DNA from: Octopus sinensis
Taxonomy: Eukaryota
NCBI RefSeq assembly: GCF_006345805.1
Contig: NC_043004.1
Span: forward strand, 79,298,001-79,362,000
Direction: 5' to 3'
Length of the DNA: 64,000 nt
Shown: positions 25,663 to 38,573 of the stretch, one piece after another
Layout: each line of letters starts with the position of its first letter
Numbering within the stretch: the first letter of the stretch is position 1
The notes under the pieces: generated by a model
The model's database searches: none
The model's input: the letters and a program-made list of their open reading frames with translations, nothing else
What the model was told of the DNA's origin: nothing
Made by a program: the position numbers and the translations under genes

Positions 25663-26279
25663 TGCGTGCGTGTTTGTGTTTTTGTTGGTCTTGACAACCG
25701 ATGCTGGTGTGTTTACATCTCCGTAGCTTAGCGGTTCGGCAAAAGACACCAATAGAATAAGTATTAGGCTTATAAAGAATAAGTTCTGGGGTCAGTTTGC
25801 TCGACTAAAGACGGTGCTCCAGCATGGCCACAGTCAAATGACTGAAACAAGTAAAAGAATAAAAGAGTAAAAGAGTAAAAGAATATGCTGGAAATGAACC
25901 CAGGATCCCTCATGGTTGTCAAGTAAACTCCTGAACCATTTGGCCATACTGTCCCTAAATATGCCTACACACACACACACGACATGCACACATGTAGGAG
26001 GTTTACATGCACAACCGACTGCGTTAACATCATGTTGGTGATCAATCAGTAATGTAGCCAAAACTCTGACTACTCTCAAATACAAATCACATCACTACAA
26101 AATTTGCACTCTACTTTTGTATTGAGTACTTTTGTTTTTCTGTTGTTTGTAAACACATGTATATAGCATTGAATTATATTTTGCACCCTTCCAGGGTTGA
26201 TGAGATGGAGTACCAGTCAGGTACTGGGGCTGACGTGTTCGTTTAACACCACACAACTCCAAATTACTGACCTTCTACC

Positions 26280-26550
26280 AAAATTAGAAATAATAATGAT
26301 AATTTGATAATGATAATAATGATAATCTGAGTTTGATTCCAAACAGTGACCTGAATAATAATAATAATAATAATAATAAACATTGAAAAATACCTGAGGA
26401 ATGAGAACCCAGGTTTGAAATTTCCCAAAGACACCTGATGAAGGCTGGAGGGTATATCAGCCAAAACGTGTTAACAACAAACAAGATGAGGACAAATATC
26501 CAAAAAACGTAAATAATGTAAATGATTCCTCATCTCTTAAATATAGAAAT
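26280..26550 (+). mobile_element. Penelope-like pseudo-LTR repeat (family D), hammerhead core damaged (GAAA to AAAA)
   Basis: gacacctgatgaaggctggagggtatatcagccaaaacgtgtt at ~26430-26472, within the same repeat as 11.3 kb in the opposite orientation. Confidence 0.6.
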
Positions 26551-26722
26551 GGAATAATGATAATATTAATTATTATGATTATTATTATTATTAAAGTGGT
26601 GAGCTGACAGAATCGTTAGCATGTTGGACAGAACAGTTAGAAACCTATCTTTTGGGTTTATGCTCCGAGTGCCAATGAGGTTGACTTTGCCTCTTAGCCT
26701 TTCAGGGACAATAAAATAAGTA

Positions 26723-27645
26723 TTGGGCCATCCCATAAAAAATGCGTTTTTTTTCAGTTTCATGAACTAAAAGTCGGAGGGGCACGGGATAATCTACCTG
26801 CATCAACTTGCTATAAAAGCAGGTAGTAATTTTACCTTGGCCTTATTCTTAGTGCAAGTTTTGAAGAGTGCAGTTTGATTTTAGCAGTTACTTTTTCAAA
26901 GCTATAATGGAGGTAACAAAGTATATTCAGTATATTTTGCTTCATGAGTTCAATACAGGCAAAAATGCAACAGAAAGTGTGAGGAATATTAATGCAGTAT
27001 ATGGGGAACAGACAATAAGCATAAGCCAGTGTCAATGGTGGTTCCAGAAATTCTGAACTGGAAACTACAGCCTAGATGACGAGCCTCATCCTGGAAGATC
27101 TGTAGAGCTTGACAAGAGCATCCTGCAAACCATGGTGGAACAACATGCCATCATAACTGTTGAGGAACTAGCAGAGAAGCTTGGATTTGGTAATTCAACC
27201 AGTCGTTCAAGCCAGCACTAGAAGAAAAATGACCATCTTTGGTTTCAAGACGAAAGGTGTTCTTCCATCAGGATAATGTTCAGCCTCATACAGCAAGAAT
27301 GACATTCCAAAGGCTGGAGCAGCTTCAATGGGAAAAGATGCCCACCCACTGTATTCGCCGGACATTTCCCCATCTGATTATCATTTATTCTGTAATCTTT
27401 AAAATTATTAGGATGGAAAAAATATGAATTTTGTAGACGAGGTCAGAACAAGTACTGGATGAATATTTTTCATCACGGACAAGTAAATTTTGGAAGAGAG
27501 TCCTTGCAAGTCTACCAGATAGATGGAAGAACATTGTAGAAAATTAAGGAAAGAATATTTTAGATTCAAAAAGAACCTTGTTTATCTTCATTTTGAAAAA
27601 TAAAAGAAGTATAAAAAAAGATGCATTATTTTGGGGATGACCCAA
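26723..27645 (+). mobile_element. Internally deleted mariner element with TA TSDs
   Basis: TA|TTGGGCCATCCC...GGGGATGACCCAA|TA. Fragments include HEFNTGKNATESVRNINAVYGE...WFQKF, LDDEPHPGR and FHQDNVQPHTA, plus PYSPD.SPSDYHLF-like remnants. Confidence 0.85.
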
Positions 27646-28277
27646 TACCAGTTGAACAAGGTCAATGCAATCAATTTACCCCCTCCTCCAAAGTTGCTGG
27701 CTTTGTGCCAAAATTTGAAACCATTATTGCTGTTGTTGTTGTTGTTAGAAACTGAAGCTTTTTGAATCATTACTTTGAGTTTCACTGTGCTGATTATTTA
27801 AATGATTGAAAAATTAAAAGCAAATTGACAACATAAAAATATTTCTAAACACAAATTAGTCATCAAAATTTGATTGAGTGCTAGAAAGAAACATTAGAAA
27901 ATGTTTCACACATTCAGCTATTCAAGTGTCATATGCAGAACATATATTCATTTATTCACATGCAAAAAAAAACACTATAAAAAAAAAATATGTAATATTC
28001 TCAGGGATTCAGTATCATGTGCATAAAACACACAAAAGCAAGGAAGATGGCTATTATTAATGTTCTTTTAGTGACTAAACATTTTGGTTTCTTTTTTGTT
28101 TTCAGTATGTGACCTTTTGTTTTAGAGTATGGCAAATCTATTAGGTGGAAACTTAAGTAATTTTGAAATTGTAATTTGGAAATTCCTCAATAAATACATA
28201 TGGAATTATCTGTAAGAATTTACTAATTCCAATCTTTTGCTCAAAATAGAATATTATACTTCTCTAAGAGACAAAGA

Positions 28278-28790
28278 TCAGACCTTCAAGAGGGGACATA
28301 GGTCAATGAAAGACCAACTGATGTTATAATTGTTAATATAATCATCAATTAATCGCAAAATATATTTGGAGAGTGAAGTGGTAAGGTACCTTTCTCTCAG
28401 AATATATACATGTTGTGAGAATTTGTCTTTAAAGGAACTTTCAGTAAGCTCTTTATAGCTTTTTTCTTTAATAGTTGTTTGCAAGACAGGACTCAGCTTA
28501 GTAAACTAATGCTTTTGAGAAACAAGTACCACTAAAACCACATATATTAGAGTTGTTGCAAATACACAGAGGAGAAAAATTTGTTCAAGAAAAACGTTTT
28601 CCTGCTTCTACTAATTGTAGAAACAATAAAGTGTTTGGGCTAAGTGAAGCTATTATGATATCTATGGCCTATGGGGAAGTGCTTATTAATAAGGTTTAGC
28701 AAAATCTTAGCAACATTCAAATGAGCATATAATCTATGTGGAGAACTATACTGTATAATACTTTTCTTTCTTGTTTTTGCTCTTCCTCTC
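28278..28790 (-). mobile_element. Degenerate Penelope-like element ORF fragment (linker plus GIY-YIG endonuclease C-terminal part)
   Basis: RKKSIIQYSSPHRLYAHLNVAKILLNLINKHFPIGHRYH matches the spacing of the PLE motif R.R.IIWFNPP......N.GK.FL.L.DKHFP..H. SYKELTESSFKDKFSQH...TTSLSKYI...YNISWS matches YIG.TE..FK.R...H...T.LSKYIW...Y.I.W. Stops and frameshifts are present. Confidence 0.68.
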
Positions 28791-29137
28791 AGTGTATTAT
28801 TTGCTGAGGTTAATCTGTATCACTACTGACTTTATGTGGTGATCACATGACTGGTTTATGACATATGAGACATGGTGTTTATGACATCAAATATTTATGA
28901 GGGATCAGTTAGAGTATGGAAAACCAATTAATTGAAAAATAATATAAAATGATGTATAAGGGAAAAACAGATCTTTCTCTATATGCACACACACACACAC
29001 ACACACACACACAACTCACGCACTTCTATACATGAATACACATGTACATATATTTTCACTCAAGCATATTTATTTTGTTATAGTTTGATGTCATGGATAC
29101 ATAAGCATATTTCTTATAACTCACAATATTTATGTAG

Positions 29138-29179
<42 letters not shown>

Positions 29180-29574
29180 TTTATCTTCCTATCTATTTGT
29201 CTGTTTACATGTATGTGTGTCTGTCTTCCATTTATTTATCTGTTTCCCCCTACCCTCTCTGTTTACATACTCTTCTGTCTAAAGCACACATAGCTCTATA
29301 AATATTTATATATATATATACACACACACACAAACACACAGGGAGAGAGACAAATACAGACAAAAAGATATGTTTCTTTATTGGCCACACAGGGCTGAAT
29401 AGAGAGGGGACAAAATACAAAATAGAGTTTTTCTTTTTGGGAAGAAGAAAAAAGAAAAAACGGGGGGGGGGCAGAATTTCGATCAAAAGGGATCGTGGAG
29501 GAAAAAGGAGAGCAATCAATAGGGATCATGTATCAAAGAAATGTCATAATGTAAAAAGGGGAAACAGATTAGGT

Positions 29575-30480
29575 TTATCCATAGAAAGAAAAGGCTACAG
29601 AAAAGACCACAGTAACCTTGGGCAATAATGTCATGCAGAAAAATACATTACAGTAAGTGACTCTCTTTTTTCCTTGATACTTGAAGAAGTTGATGAGAAA
29701 TTGACCAGAGAGGAAAGTGTTTGTCTCTAGACCTATCAGACGCGTCCACCATAGACATTCTTTCGCCATAGCCACAAGTATGATGAAAATGGCTCTTCCT
29801 TCCCGTTTCAAGGAAGGAGGCGCGACAATATTCACGATAGACTTGGTTGATAAACTGACTCGTCCCACACGCGATAGCAGTCGTTCGACATAGGCCCACA
29901 AGTCGGAAATTGTTGGACACTGTACGAGTGCGTGCAGAACGGTTTCGTCGCTCTGATCGCATCTCGGACAGGTTGGCTCCGTGTTTCTTGAACCATGCCT
30001 GTAGAGCTTATTCTGAACAGGTAGAATTTCTCGATAGCACTGCCAGACCAGGGATCTCTGGAAGTTGTTCACAGGTCCCAACCTGAAAGTTGTCTTGAAC
30101 AAACAGGTCAGGTATTCCTTGTCAACACCCAGGTTCGCCCTGAGATCGTCGTCGTACCTCCCCCCCCCCCACTAATCCCCTACAGAATGCTTTGGTTGTG
30201 TTGCAGTCGCACAAGATTGACCCGGGACGGCATAGTTGATCAAAAAGTCATGGATCAAAAAGGGGCCCTTCCTTGACCTCTTTTTGATCCACGACTGCAG
30301 TTCGGTCATGGAGATGAGCTGCGGGAAAGTGCGCCTCACAAACGGCAACCACACCTGTTCACCATCGTCTACGGAGAGCTGGAGATGTTGCAGTCTCAGC
30401 GCATGTCTGCACATCATCAACCACTGCATGCCCAACCCTCCTTTTAACGGGTGTTGGCAGCAAACGGATTGCCTGACCAT
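29575..30480 (-). mobile_element. Tx1/L1-like LINE 3' fragment (zinc-knuckle region)
   Basis: HPLKGGLGM...; SLVWQCYREILPV...TCPRCDQSDETVLHALVQCP...LW; frameshifted. Confidence 0.8.
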
Positions 30481-30484
30481 CGGA

Positions 30485-30754
30485 ATAGACAGATAGATAG
30501 CTATACAGCTGGATAGATGGATAGACAGATGTACAGATAGACGGATGGATAGACAGACAGACAGGCAGATAGAGACAGACAGATAGATAGAAACAGATAG
30601 ACAGACAGACAGACAGATAAATAGACAGACAGAGAGAGACAGACAGACAGACAGACACAGACAGACAGACAGACACAGACAGACAGGCAGGCAGGCAGAC
30701 AGACAGACAGACAGACAGATAGATAGATAGATAGACAGATAGACAGACAGGAAA

Positions 30755-30837
<83 letters not shown>

Positions 30838-30865
30838 GACAGACAGGCAGACAGATATATAGATA
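30485..30865. repeat. (GATA)n/(GACA)n microsatellite
   Basis: Directly visible. Confidence 0.96.
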
Positions 30866-31039
30866 TCAGGTTTAAAACTCTTGTGGCTTTAAACTATTAA
30901 TTTACAAAATACACAAATACAGTTTCTGTGATGAAGCAATAACCGTCCAATTGTATCTGTCACCAAACAATAAATAAACATCAACGTTGCTACCCGTGTG
31001 AATGTGGGTGTGTTCTCATTTACAGTGACTTGCAAGAAG

Positions 31040-31800
31040 TTTTAAGCCACCCACCAAGGTTCCTGTTTTAAATGAGACACGTTTTCTCTTCTTCGCAGGG
31101 ACAGATAGGAACAGTTGGGTGTAAGCTCCATTTTGCTAGGATTCCAATTTTTTGATAAGCATCCAGGTTTTTTTCTCCATAAAAAAGGACTGACTCTACT
31201 GTTGCATGGAAAGAATCCTTCTCCAGGTTGCCCGATAAGGTTGATTTCCAGACAACATCCAGTTTCTTTAGGGCCGACCATGCTGGGGCTATCTGAGTTT
31301 TTAAATCCTTTTCAGCTGAGGCTATTTCAGAACCGATGTAAGTGAAATCATCAACTTGATTGATGGGGGTCTCTGCTGATGTTGGTGATTGATTCTTTTT
31401 GATTGTGAGAAATGAATTTGGTTTTACTGGGATTAACAGGTAATCCCAAATCATTTGCAGCTAATTCTAGACTATGATGTAGTCAGGTAGAGTTTGATTT
31501 TTGTGACAGAACAGTTTTAAACATGTCTTGGAGAACTCCTCCCACCAAGAAAGCAGCTGAATGGAGATCTCCTGCCTGTGTCCACCATTATAAGGGAAAG
31601 GCGCTGGCGCTTTGTGGGATATTGCTGGTAAGGGAAACAAGAGCTGGCAATGGATGCCAGCCAAAGCATGGCCATGGTTGAGCAGGTCGTCTGAACACAA
31701 TGCCTGTAGACCAACTCATCAGAGACATTAGATGCCCCCACCCCCCACCCAAGACCTCCCTCAACTAATGCAGGACTGAGATGGATGGTATCCATGGATT
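31040..31800 (-). mobile_element. RTE-like LINE fragment
   Basis: INQVDDFTYIGSEIASAEKDLKTQIAPAWSALKKLDVVWKS...FHATVESVLFYG. Confidence 0.8.
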
Positions 31801-33109
31801 AAAAATATCCAAGTAAGCTCAACCACATGATCATAATGATATGAATTTAATTGTAATTTTGAATTAATTGTAACTCTAACCCTGAGGAATTACAACCGTA
31901 TTTCGTGGTCTGCTACCACAAGAGCTCCTTTATAGGATCCACTTAGCTCAAAACATCATCAGGAGGAACCACGTCCGGTTTCAGCCCCTACTCCTCTACC
32001 ATTTTGACATGGTGTGGCCCCACTTTCGGAGGTGTCTTCAGCTCTGGTGTTGGGTGCATGTCTTCTTTCTTCTGTTCCCTGGCCTCTTTGATGTATCGTC
32101 AGCGAGTGTCAGCCAGTGACTGACTGACTTGTCAAATTTTTCCCTTTAAATACCTGCCGCTAGGCTCCAGCAGGCAGCCCCAGCAAGTTGTCACGTGACA
32201 CTGTCTCACCTTAACTGACCAGTGAAGGCGCGTAGTCTTAACCCACGCATTCTCTAAACGACCTTCACCTGTCAGTCGGTGAAGTTGATTCAGTGTCAGC
32301 TTGTCTCACCTAGTGATGTTATTTTCCGCTGGCATATTATGACTTTCAAGCCATTTTTGATCTTCCCGCTTCAGCCATATGTAGAACCTGGCTTTTTCAA
32401 CCGCCTCCTGTACTCTCCTTATTAGTTTTCACAGCTCGGAGCCAGTATTCAGATTAGTTCGTTAAATGTAAATCTTAATTATTCACATTGAGTCAAATTA
32501 ATCAGAAATTTTATCTCATAGCTTTGAGATTTTGATGATATGATTGTGTATTTTTAGAATGATATTGCAGTGTAGGTGTGAAAAGTCAGATCTGGCCAAT
32601 TTGAACGTAAAACTTGGAGAATATTTTGTCTGGATGTGGTCAGTTTAAATGCTAAAGGGTTAATTTGATAAAGTATGATGATGAAAGCCATTAGCAAAAG
32701 ACAATGTCACTGAATTTACATCCAGTAAATTAATGAAGAAAGCCTAATTGAGAAAAATCTCAGTTTCTGGTATTCGTCATCAAAGCGTGAAGAACATAGT
32801 CAAAAGAGGGATTGATGAATGGCATTGCTGAGAGAAGAAGAGGTTTGGAAGGCCATGTTGGGAAGGCCACAGAATGCTTCTGTGAGGGCAAAGAGGACAG
32901 TTAAGAGGGAAATTACGAAAAATCTGACATACAAGTGTTACAGAGATTGCAACTTCTGTAGATATGTCTCCATGCTTTGTGAGAACATTACTGGAAGATG
33001 TTGGACATGAATGAAACAGTTAAAGAGAAGAAACAAAGGAGTTCAAAACCTAATAAAAGCAAAAGGCAAAACTGAGCCAAAGAGTTCTGCAACAAGCAAG
33101 GGTTTTGTT

Positions 33110-33188
33110 GGCTGATATACCCTCCAGCCTTCATCAGGTGTCTTGGGAAATTTCAAACCAGGGTTCTCATTCCTAAGGTATTTTTCGA

Positions 33189-33219
<31 letters not shown>

Positions 33220-33810
33220 TTCACTGCTTGGAATCGAACTCAGAATTTTGGGGTTAGTAGCCCACGCTCTTAACCACTATGCCATATGCCCATGGGCACA
33301 TGGCGTATATAATAATAACAACAACATCAAAAAACACCTTAGGAATGAGAACCCAGGTTCAAAATTTCTCCAAGACACCTGATGAAGGCTGGAGGGTATA
33401 TCAGCTGAAACATTGTATTAACAACAAACAAGATGACGACAAATATCTGTCAAATGTAAATAATGTAGTCTGTAAAGTGAGTGGCATCAGGAAGGGCACC
33501 CAGCTGTAGAAACCATTCCCAAACAGACAATGGAACCTAGTGCAGCTTCTGGCTTTGCCAACTCCTGGCAAGCCATCCAACCCATGCCACCATATGCCCA
33601 CCGACACCTGAATAATAATAATAATAATAACATTGAAAAATACCTTAGGAATGAGATCCCAGGTTCGAAATTTCCCCAAGACACCTGATGAAGGCTGGAG
33701 GGTGTATCGGCCGAAACGTTTTGTTAAGAACAAACAAGATGAGGACAAGTATCCGTCAAATGTAAAAGATGTAAATAATGTACATAATTCTTCATCTCTT
33801 AAATACAGAA
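33110..33810. mobile_element. Cluster of three family D repeats (one minus, two plus; includes an inverted pair) with hammerhead cores at ~33374-33419 and ~33680-33725
   Basis: Repeated motif ctgatgaaggctggagggt(a/g)tatc(a/g)gc(c/t)gaaac. The minus copy at 33110-33300 abuts a plus copy at ~33330-33470. Confidence 0.65.
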
Positions 33811-34855
33811 CTGAAGCAAGGCAGGATTTTGTACTCAATGTTATAATCATCTTTTAACGTCCATTCTCAATGCCGGCATGGGTTAGATGATGTGACAGAA
33901 GCTGGCCAGCTGGACGCTGCCTAGTTCCATTTGTCTACTTTGGTATGGTTTAAAGAAAGCAAATCTTGCCAGTTTTCTAGTTCAAGGCCCTGTGGTTAAG
34001 TGTGTTGCACTCGTAATCGCGGTTTCAATTCCCAGACCAGCTGCACGTTGGGTTCCCGAACAACAAAGAACATCATTTCCCTTTGCTCCAGTCTACTTCT
34101 GTCAGATCGACCTCAGAGCATTTTCCTTTTTATCAATTTCTTTTGCAAGAACGTAAACAAACCAGCACCGGTTATCAAGCAGTTGGCAGAAGAGGTGGGA
34201 GAAACACAATCACAAAGGCACGCACAGATATATATATGCGAAAGGCTTCCACACAGTTTCCTTCTACTACATTCACTAACAAGACATTGGTCGGCCCGGG
34301 GACTGAACCTGTAACACCGTGGTTGGAAATCGAGTTTCTTAACCGCAGAGCCATGCCCCGTTGTTACTCCTTTGATTTTTTTTTCCTGATTGCATTATTT
34401 CTTACAATGTAAACAATTCCTTTCAGCAACGCAACAAGGTAAAAACACAATGAAATTGAAGTTGTTGCGTTGATAAGGAAGAAAGTCAACGGAGAAATGT
34501 AAGACTGGGGTATATATATTTGACAACGATATAAGGGAGATAATTACAGAGCGAGGAGAGTGGAGTAATCTCCCTTGGACCATAATGTCAATATTTTTCA
34601 CTTTCTGTGACGGTCGTAAAAAGAAAAGTTTAAATTCGATCCTGTTGTTTGTTTTTCTTTAATTCCGTATTAGAAGAGTTCTAAATGAACAAATAAAATT
34701 ATAAATCTTTTAAGTATCTTGCCTTTTTTAAGAAAACATTTCACCAACATCAAACTGAATAATATAATTTAAGGTTTCTCAAAAAAATAACACGTTATTC
34801 TATCCAATTACGTTTAATAAAACAAAATACACAACAGTTCATTTTCTCGGTACTA

Positions 34856-35075
34856 CGTGAGAACAGTGGCCGCGGTGCGCGCACTCGCGCTAGCTAGTCT
34901 TGACTAGTCGATCCTTATTTTGTGTGTTATCTACTCTGTTTAAAAAATTATTTACTTTGTGTCTTTTGTGTTTTATTTACTTTGCTAGGTAGTCGTTGTA
35001 GGATCGACTAGTCACGACTAGCTAGCGCGGATGCTCGACTACGCGAGTGCGCGCACCGGGACCACTGTTCTCAAG
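34856..35075. mobile_element. CpG-rich MITE with ~60-80 bp TIRs and TA flanks (Tc1/mariner-type ends)
   Basis: ta|cgtgagaacagtggccgcggtgcgcgcactcgcg... mirrored by ...cgcgagtgcgcgcaccgggaccactgttctcaag|ta. Confidence 0.75.
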
Positions 35076-35469
35076 TAATACCCATTTTCTCTTCGAAATT
35101 TTAAAACAGTTTATTTTATATTTAATTTCCACCTGAAATACACCAGTAATATTTTGTTTGATCGACGGTGCGTCACTAAGTCAATATTTAAAGGTACGTA
35201 ACTTTTTTGTTATTAATTTCTCAGATACGATTTTCGTAATTAACAAAAATTAAACTATGCCAAACCACAACAATTTTTCAAAAACAAAATTGGATCGGGT
35301 GTTATCAAACCGAAAAATTCTTCAAAATGTTTGAAAACTGCTGCATTAAGACATCAGCTAATAGCTCAGTTTTTTCTTTACCATTAGTAACCAGCAGTAC
35401 ATCATGTTCCTGTACTTCACTTCCAAGAACACAGTCTACCTCTACCGGTAACTATGGAATTGCCAAACC

Positions 35470-35720
35470 AATAAGGAAGACAGCAATTCCACAAAGTGAC
35501 GAGACATGGGCCCTGAATGCAGGACACATGCGAAGGTTGGAAAGGAACGAGGCTAGTATGGTCTACTGGACGTGTAGTGTAAGTATAAATGTTCGACAGA
35601 GTGTTAGCATACTGAGTGAGAAGTTAGGCATAAGAGGAATTGGTTGCTGTGCGCAGGAGTGAAGACTGCGCTGGTTGGGACAGGTGATGCGGATGGATGC
35701 TGACAGCTCCATAAAGAGCC
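35470..35720 (+). mobile_element. RTE LINE fragment, same family as 10130-10600
   Basis: DETWALNAGHMRRLERNEASMVYWTCSV...LSEKLGIRGI. Confidence 0.78.
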
Positions 35721-37631
35721 AATCTTGTTCGCATTTTTCCATGTAACCCACGTTTATCCCAGGCTATGCTATTATGCTAATTAATAATGTGTCAAATGTG
35801 TCAATCAGCAGTGTCATTTATAATTTTTTCCTAACCTCAATGAGAGATATTAAAACTCCCCTTATGGAACTATATTCATAAAAAAAAGTATAGAACTATA
35901 TTATCGCCCTCAAATTTGAGAAACAAACACTCATAACTTTTTTCTTTTAAAACTTCATTGCATGAGATTGATGCCATGAAATTCCTCGAATTAAAATAAT
36001 TGTTTTTAAAATAAAGAAGTTAATTATACTTAAATTCTATATTTTGCCTTATATTTTTTTTCATTATATTTTACCTTACAACTTTTTTGATACAAATTTT
36101 TGTTGCATGGCATCCAAAACTATAAAATTCTTCATGCTTTCGTCTATCATTGAAGGTAAGATAGATATATTTTGCTTTTAAAATAAAAAAGTTATTTAGA
36201 TCTAAACTTGATTGGAGGCATTACTTACTTTCCTATAATGCTGCTACAAATTTTGATGTAAACTTTTTTCTACAGGATCAAATCTCAATTTTTTTATGCC
36301 AAAATGTAGCTAGGGACCAGTCCCCTTCAAAAATAGTAACAGTTTTCAAGTTCATTAAGAACTATATAAGTGACAAGCTCTGAAAGGTGCTGTGTGTGAG
36401 TAAACTGCGGCCTTAAGAATATTATTCAGCAGTACCATAGTTGACTGATATCATTATCATCATTTGTCCATGCTGGCATGGGTTGGACGGTTTGACTGAA
36501 GCAACTAAGCTGGAAGACTGCACCAGACTCGTCTGATTTGACATGGTTTTCTACAGTTAGATGCCCTTCTTAATGCCAAGTACTCCAAGAGTGTAATGGG
36601 TGCTTTTACGTGCCACCGACACAAGTGCCATTTGCATGACACCAGTATCTGCCATGACTGCGATTTTGCTTGGCTTGATGGGTCTTCTTCTTAAGCATGA
36701 CATAATGCCAAAGGTCTTGGTCATTGCCTCTGTGAGGCCCAACTCTCAAAGAACTCAGCCACTTTGCCTCAATGAGGCCCCACGCTCGAAATATATACAT
36801 ACATACATATATATATATGGCGTTAGGAAGGGCATCCAGCTGTAGAAACTTTGCCAGATCAGATTGAGCCTGGTGCAGCCTCTGGGTCACCAGTCCTCAG
36901 TCAAACCACCCAACCCATGCCAGCATGGAAAGCGGACGTTAAACGACGATGATGATGATATATATATATATATTTATTATCTATTATGGCTGGGTTCCAG
37001 CTCAGGCTACATCAACAAAGTCTGCTCACCACACTTTTCGGTCCATCTTCACTGCCTTAAGGTCCCTGGATACATTCCAGGCCAGTGTCTGCAACAAAGT
37101 TATCAATGTAAATATGACAACGCTATCCTCTTCTTACATCACCATAAAGTGGGTTCCACAAGAGTAATTTGGATGTTTCCTGTACAGGGTGGGGCACACA
37201 GCGACCAGACAGTCGCAGCCTGATCTTCTCACTAACTTTCAGCAGGTTTCCATAAAGGCATTCATTTGTCATATGTTACTGCCAAATGGGCTTCCACCAA
37301 GTTTCCACCTTCCAAATTCGCTCACAAGACTATGGTTAGCCTGGAGGCTTTAGTAGACAATATTTGCCCAAGGTACTGTCCAGTGGAACTGAACCCGAAA
37401 TGACATGGTTGCAAAGCAAACTTCTTAACCACACAACCATTTATTTCAGTTCTTAGCCATACAACCTACGAAAACCATTATTCTCAGTTCTAATCTCACC
37501 AAGCATCCTAAAAAAAAAAAAAATCCCTCTGCACCATTTGATTGTTGCAACAGAAAAAGATCCACAGCTATTTATTCTGGAGACCAAACTCCATGGAAAA
37601 CATGCAAAATGATGCTAAACGTAGCACTCAC

Positions 37632-37725
37632 CTTGTGTGATGATGGTATTTCCAAGTTCTCCATAATTCGTTTTTCATGCTTATATGTTTTGTATTAATC
37701 ACAACAACATGGTCACCAACGTCGC
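37632..37725 (-). CDS. MRPL13: MRPL13 coding exon 3 (SDVGDHVVVINTKHISMKNELWRTWKYHHHT)
   Basis: ttttccag acceptor and gtgagt donor; 94 nt; phase 1 to phase 2, compatible with exons 2 and 4. Contains the uL13 signature D.GDHVVVIN...Y..HT. Confidence 0.95.
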
Positions 37726-38016
37726 CTGGAAAACAGACAAAAAACAAACATAAACCACTAAAATAATTGGATCTATTAATAACCACCAAAATAATTGGAT
37801 CTATTCCATGTCAATCACAGATTTTTAAATTAGTTTTTTAATAACTAAACATTTGACTGAGGTCTGGCGAACCAGACTCCAATCTGATCTGGCAGAGTTT
37901 CTACAGCTGGTTGGTGTTAGGAAGGGCATCCAGCTGTAGAAACTCTGCCAGACCTCAGTCAAATCGTCCAACCCATGCTAGCATGGAAAGCGGACGTTAA
38001 ATGATGATGATGATGA

Positions 38017-38433
38017 TAAACAGTTTGAAACTCTGAATACTGGTAGAATTTCTCACATAGAACACAGTTTACTCTGAACGTTTGGGACAAAATTTCTTAT
38101 TTTTTGAAGTTATTTCGTGTTAAAGTTGTCATATTTGGGTAATTTCAACCTATCAACGACGTGTTTTCAGTTGAAGAAAGCTATTACTGTTTGCGATAGA
38201 ACAGAGTGGTGACATTTAATAGAGATGACCTGGAAGTTGTTCTTTGATTACTATTGCAAACAGCAGTAGCTTTCTTCAACCAAATACGTGTTGTTGATTG
38301 GTTGAAATTACCCAGATACGACAACTTTAACATAAAATAACTTCAAAAAATAAGAAATTTTAACCAAAACATTCAGAGAAAACCGTGTTCTACACGAGAA
38401 ATTCTACCACTATTCGAAGTTTCAAACTGTTTA
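38017..38433. mobile_element. Foldback MITE with ~170 bp TIRs; a half copy lies at ~43745-43930
   Basis: taaacagtttgaaactctgaatactggtagaatttctc... / ...gagaaattctaccactattcgaagtttcaaactgttta. Confidence 0.8.
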
Positions 38434-38529
38434 GTTAAAAAAAATTAATTAAAAAATCTGTGACTGACATGGAATAAACCATAAGAGTAATATCTAGCAT
38501 GAACACAAGGCCACAAATTTAAGAGATAT

Positions 38530-38573
<44 letters not shown>

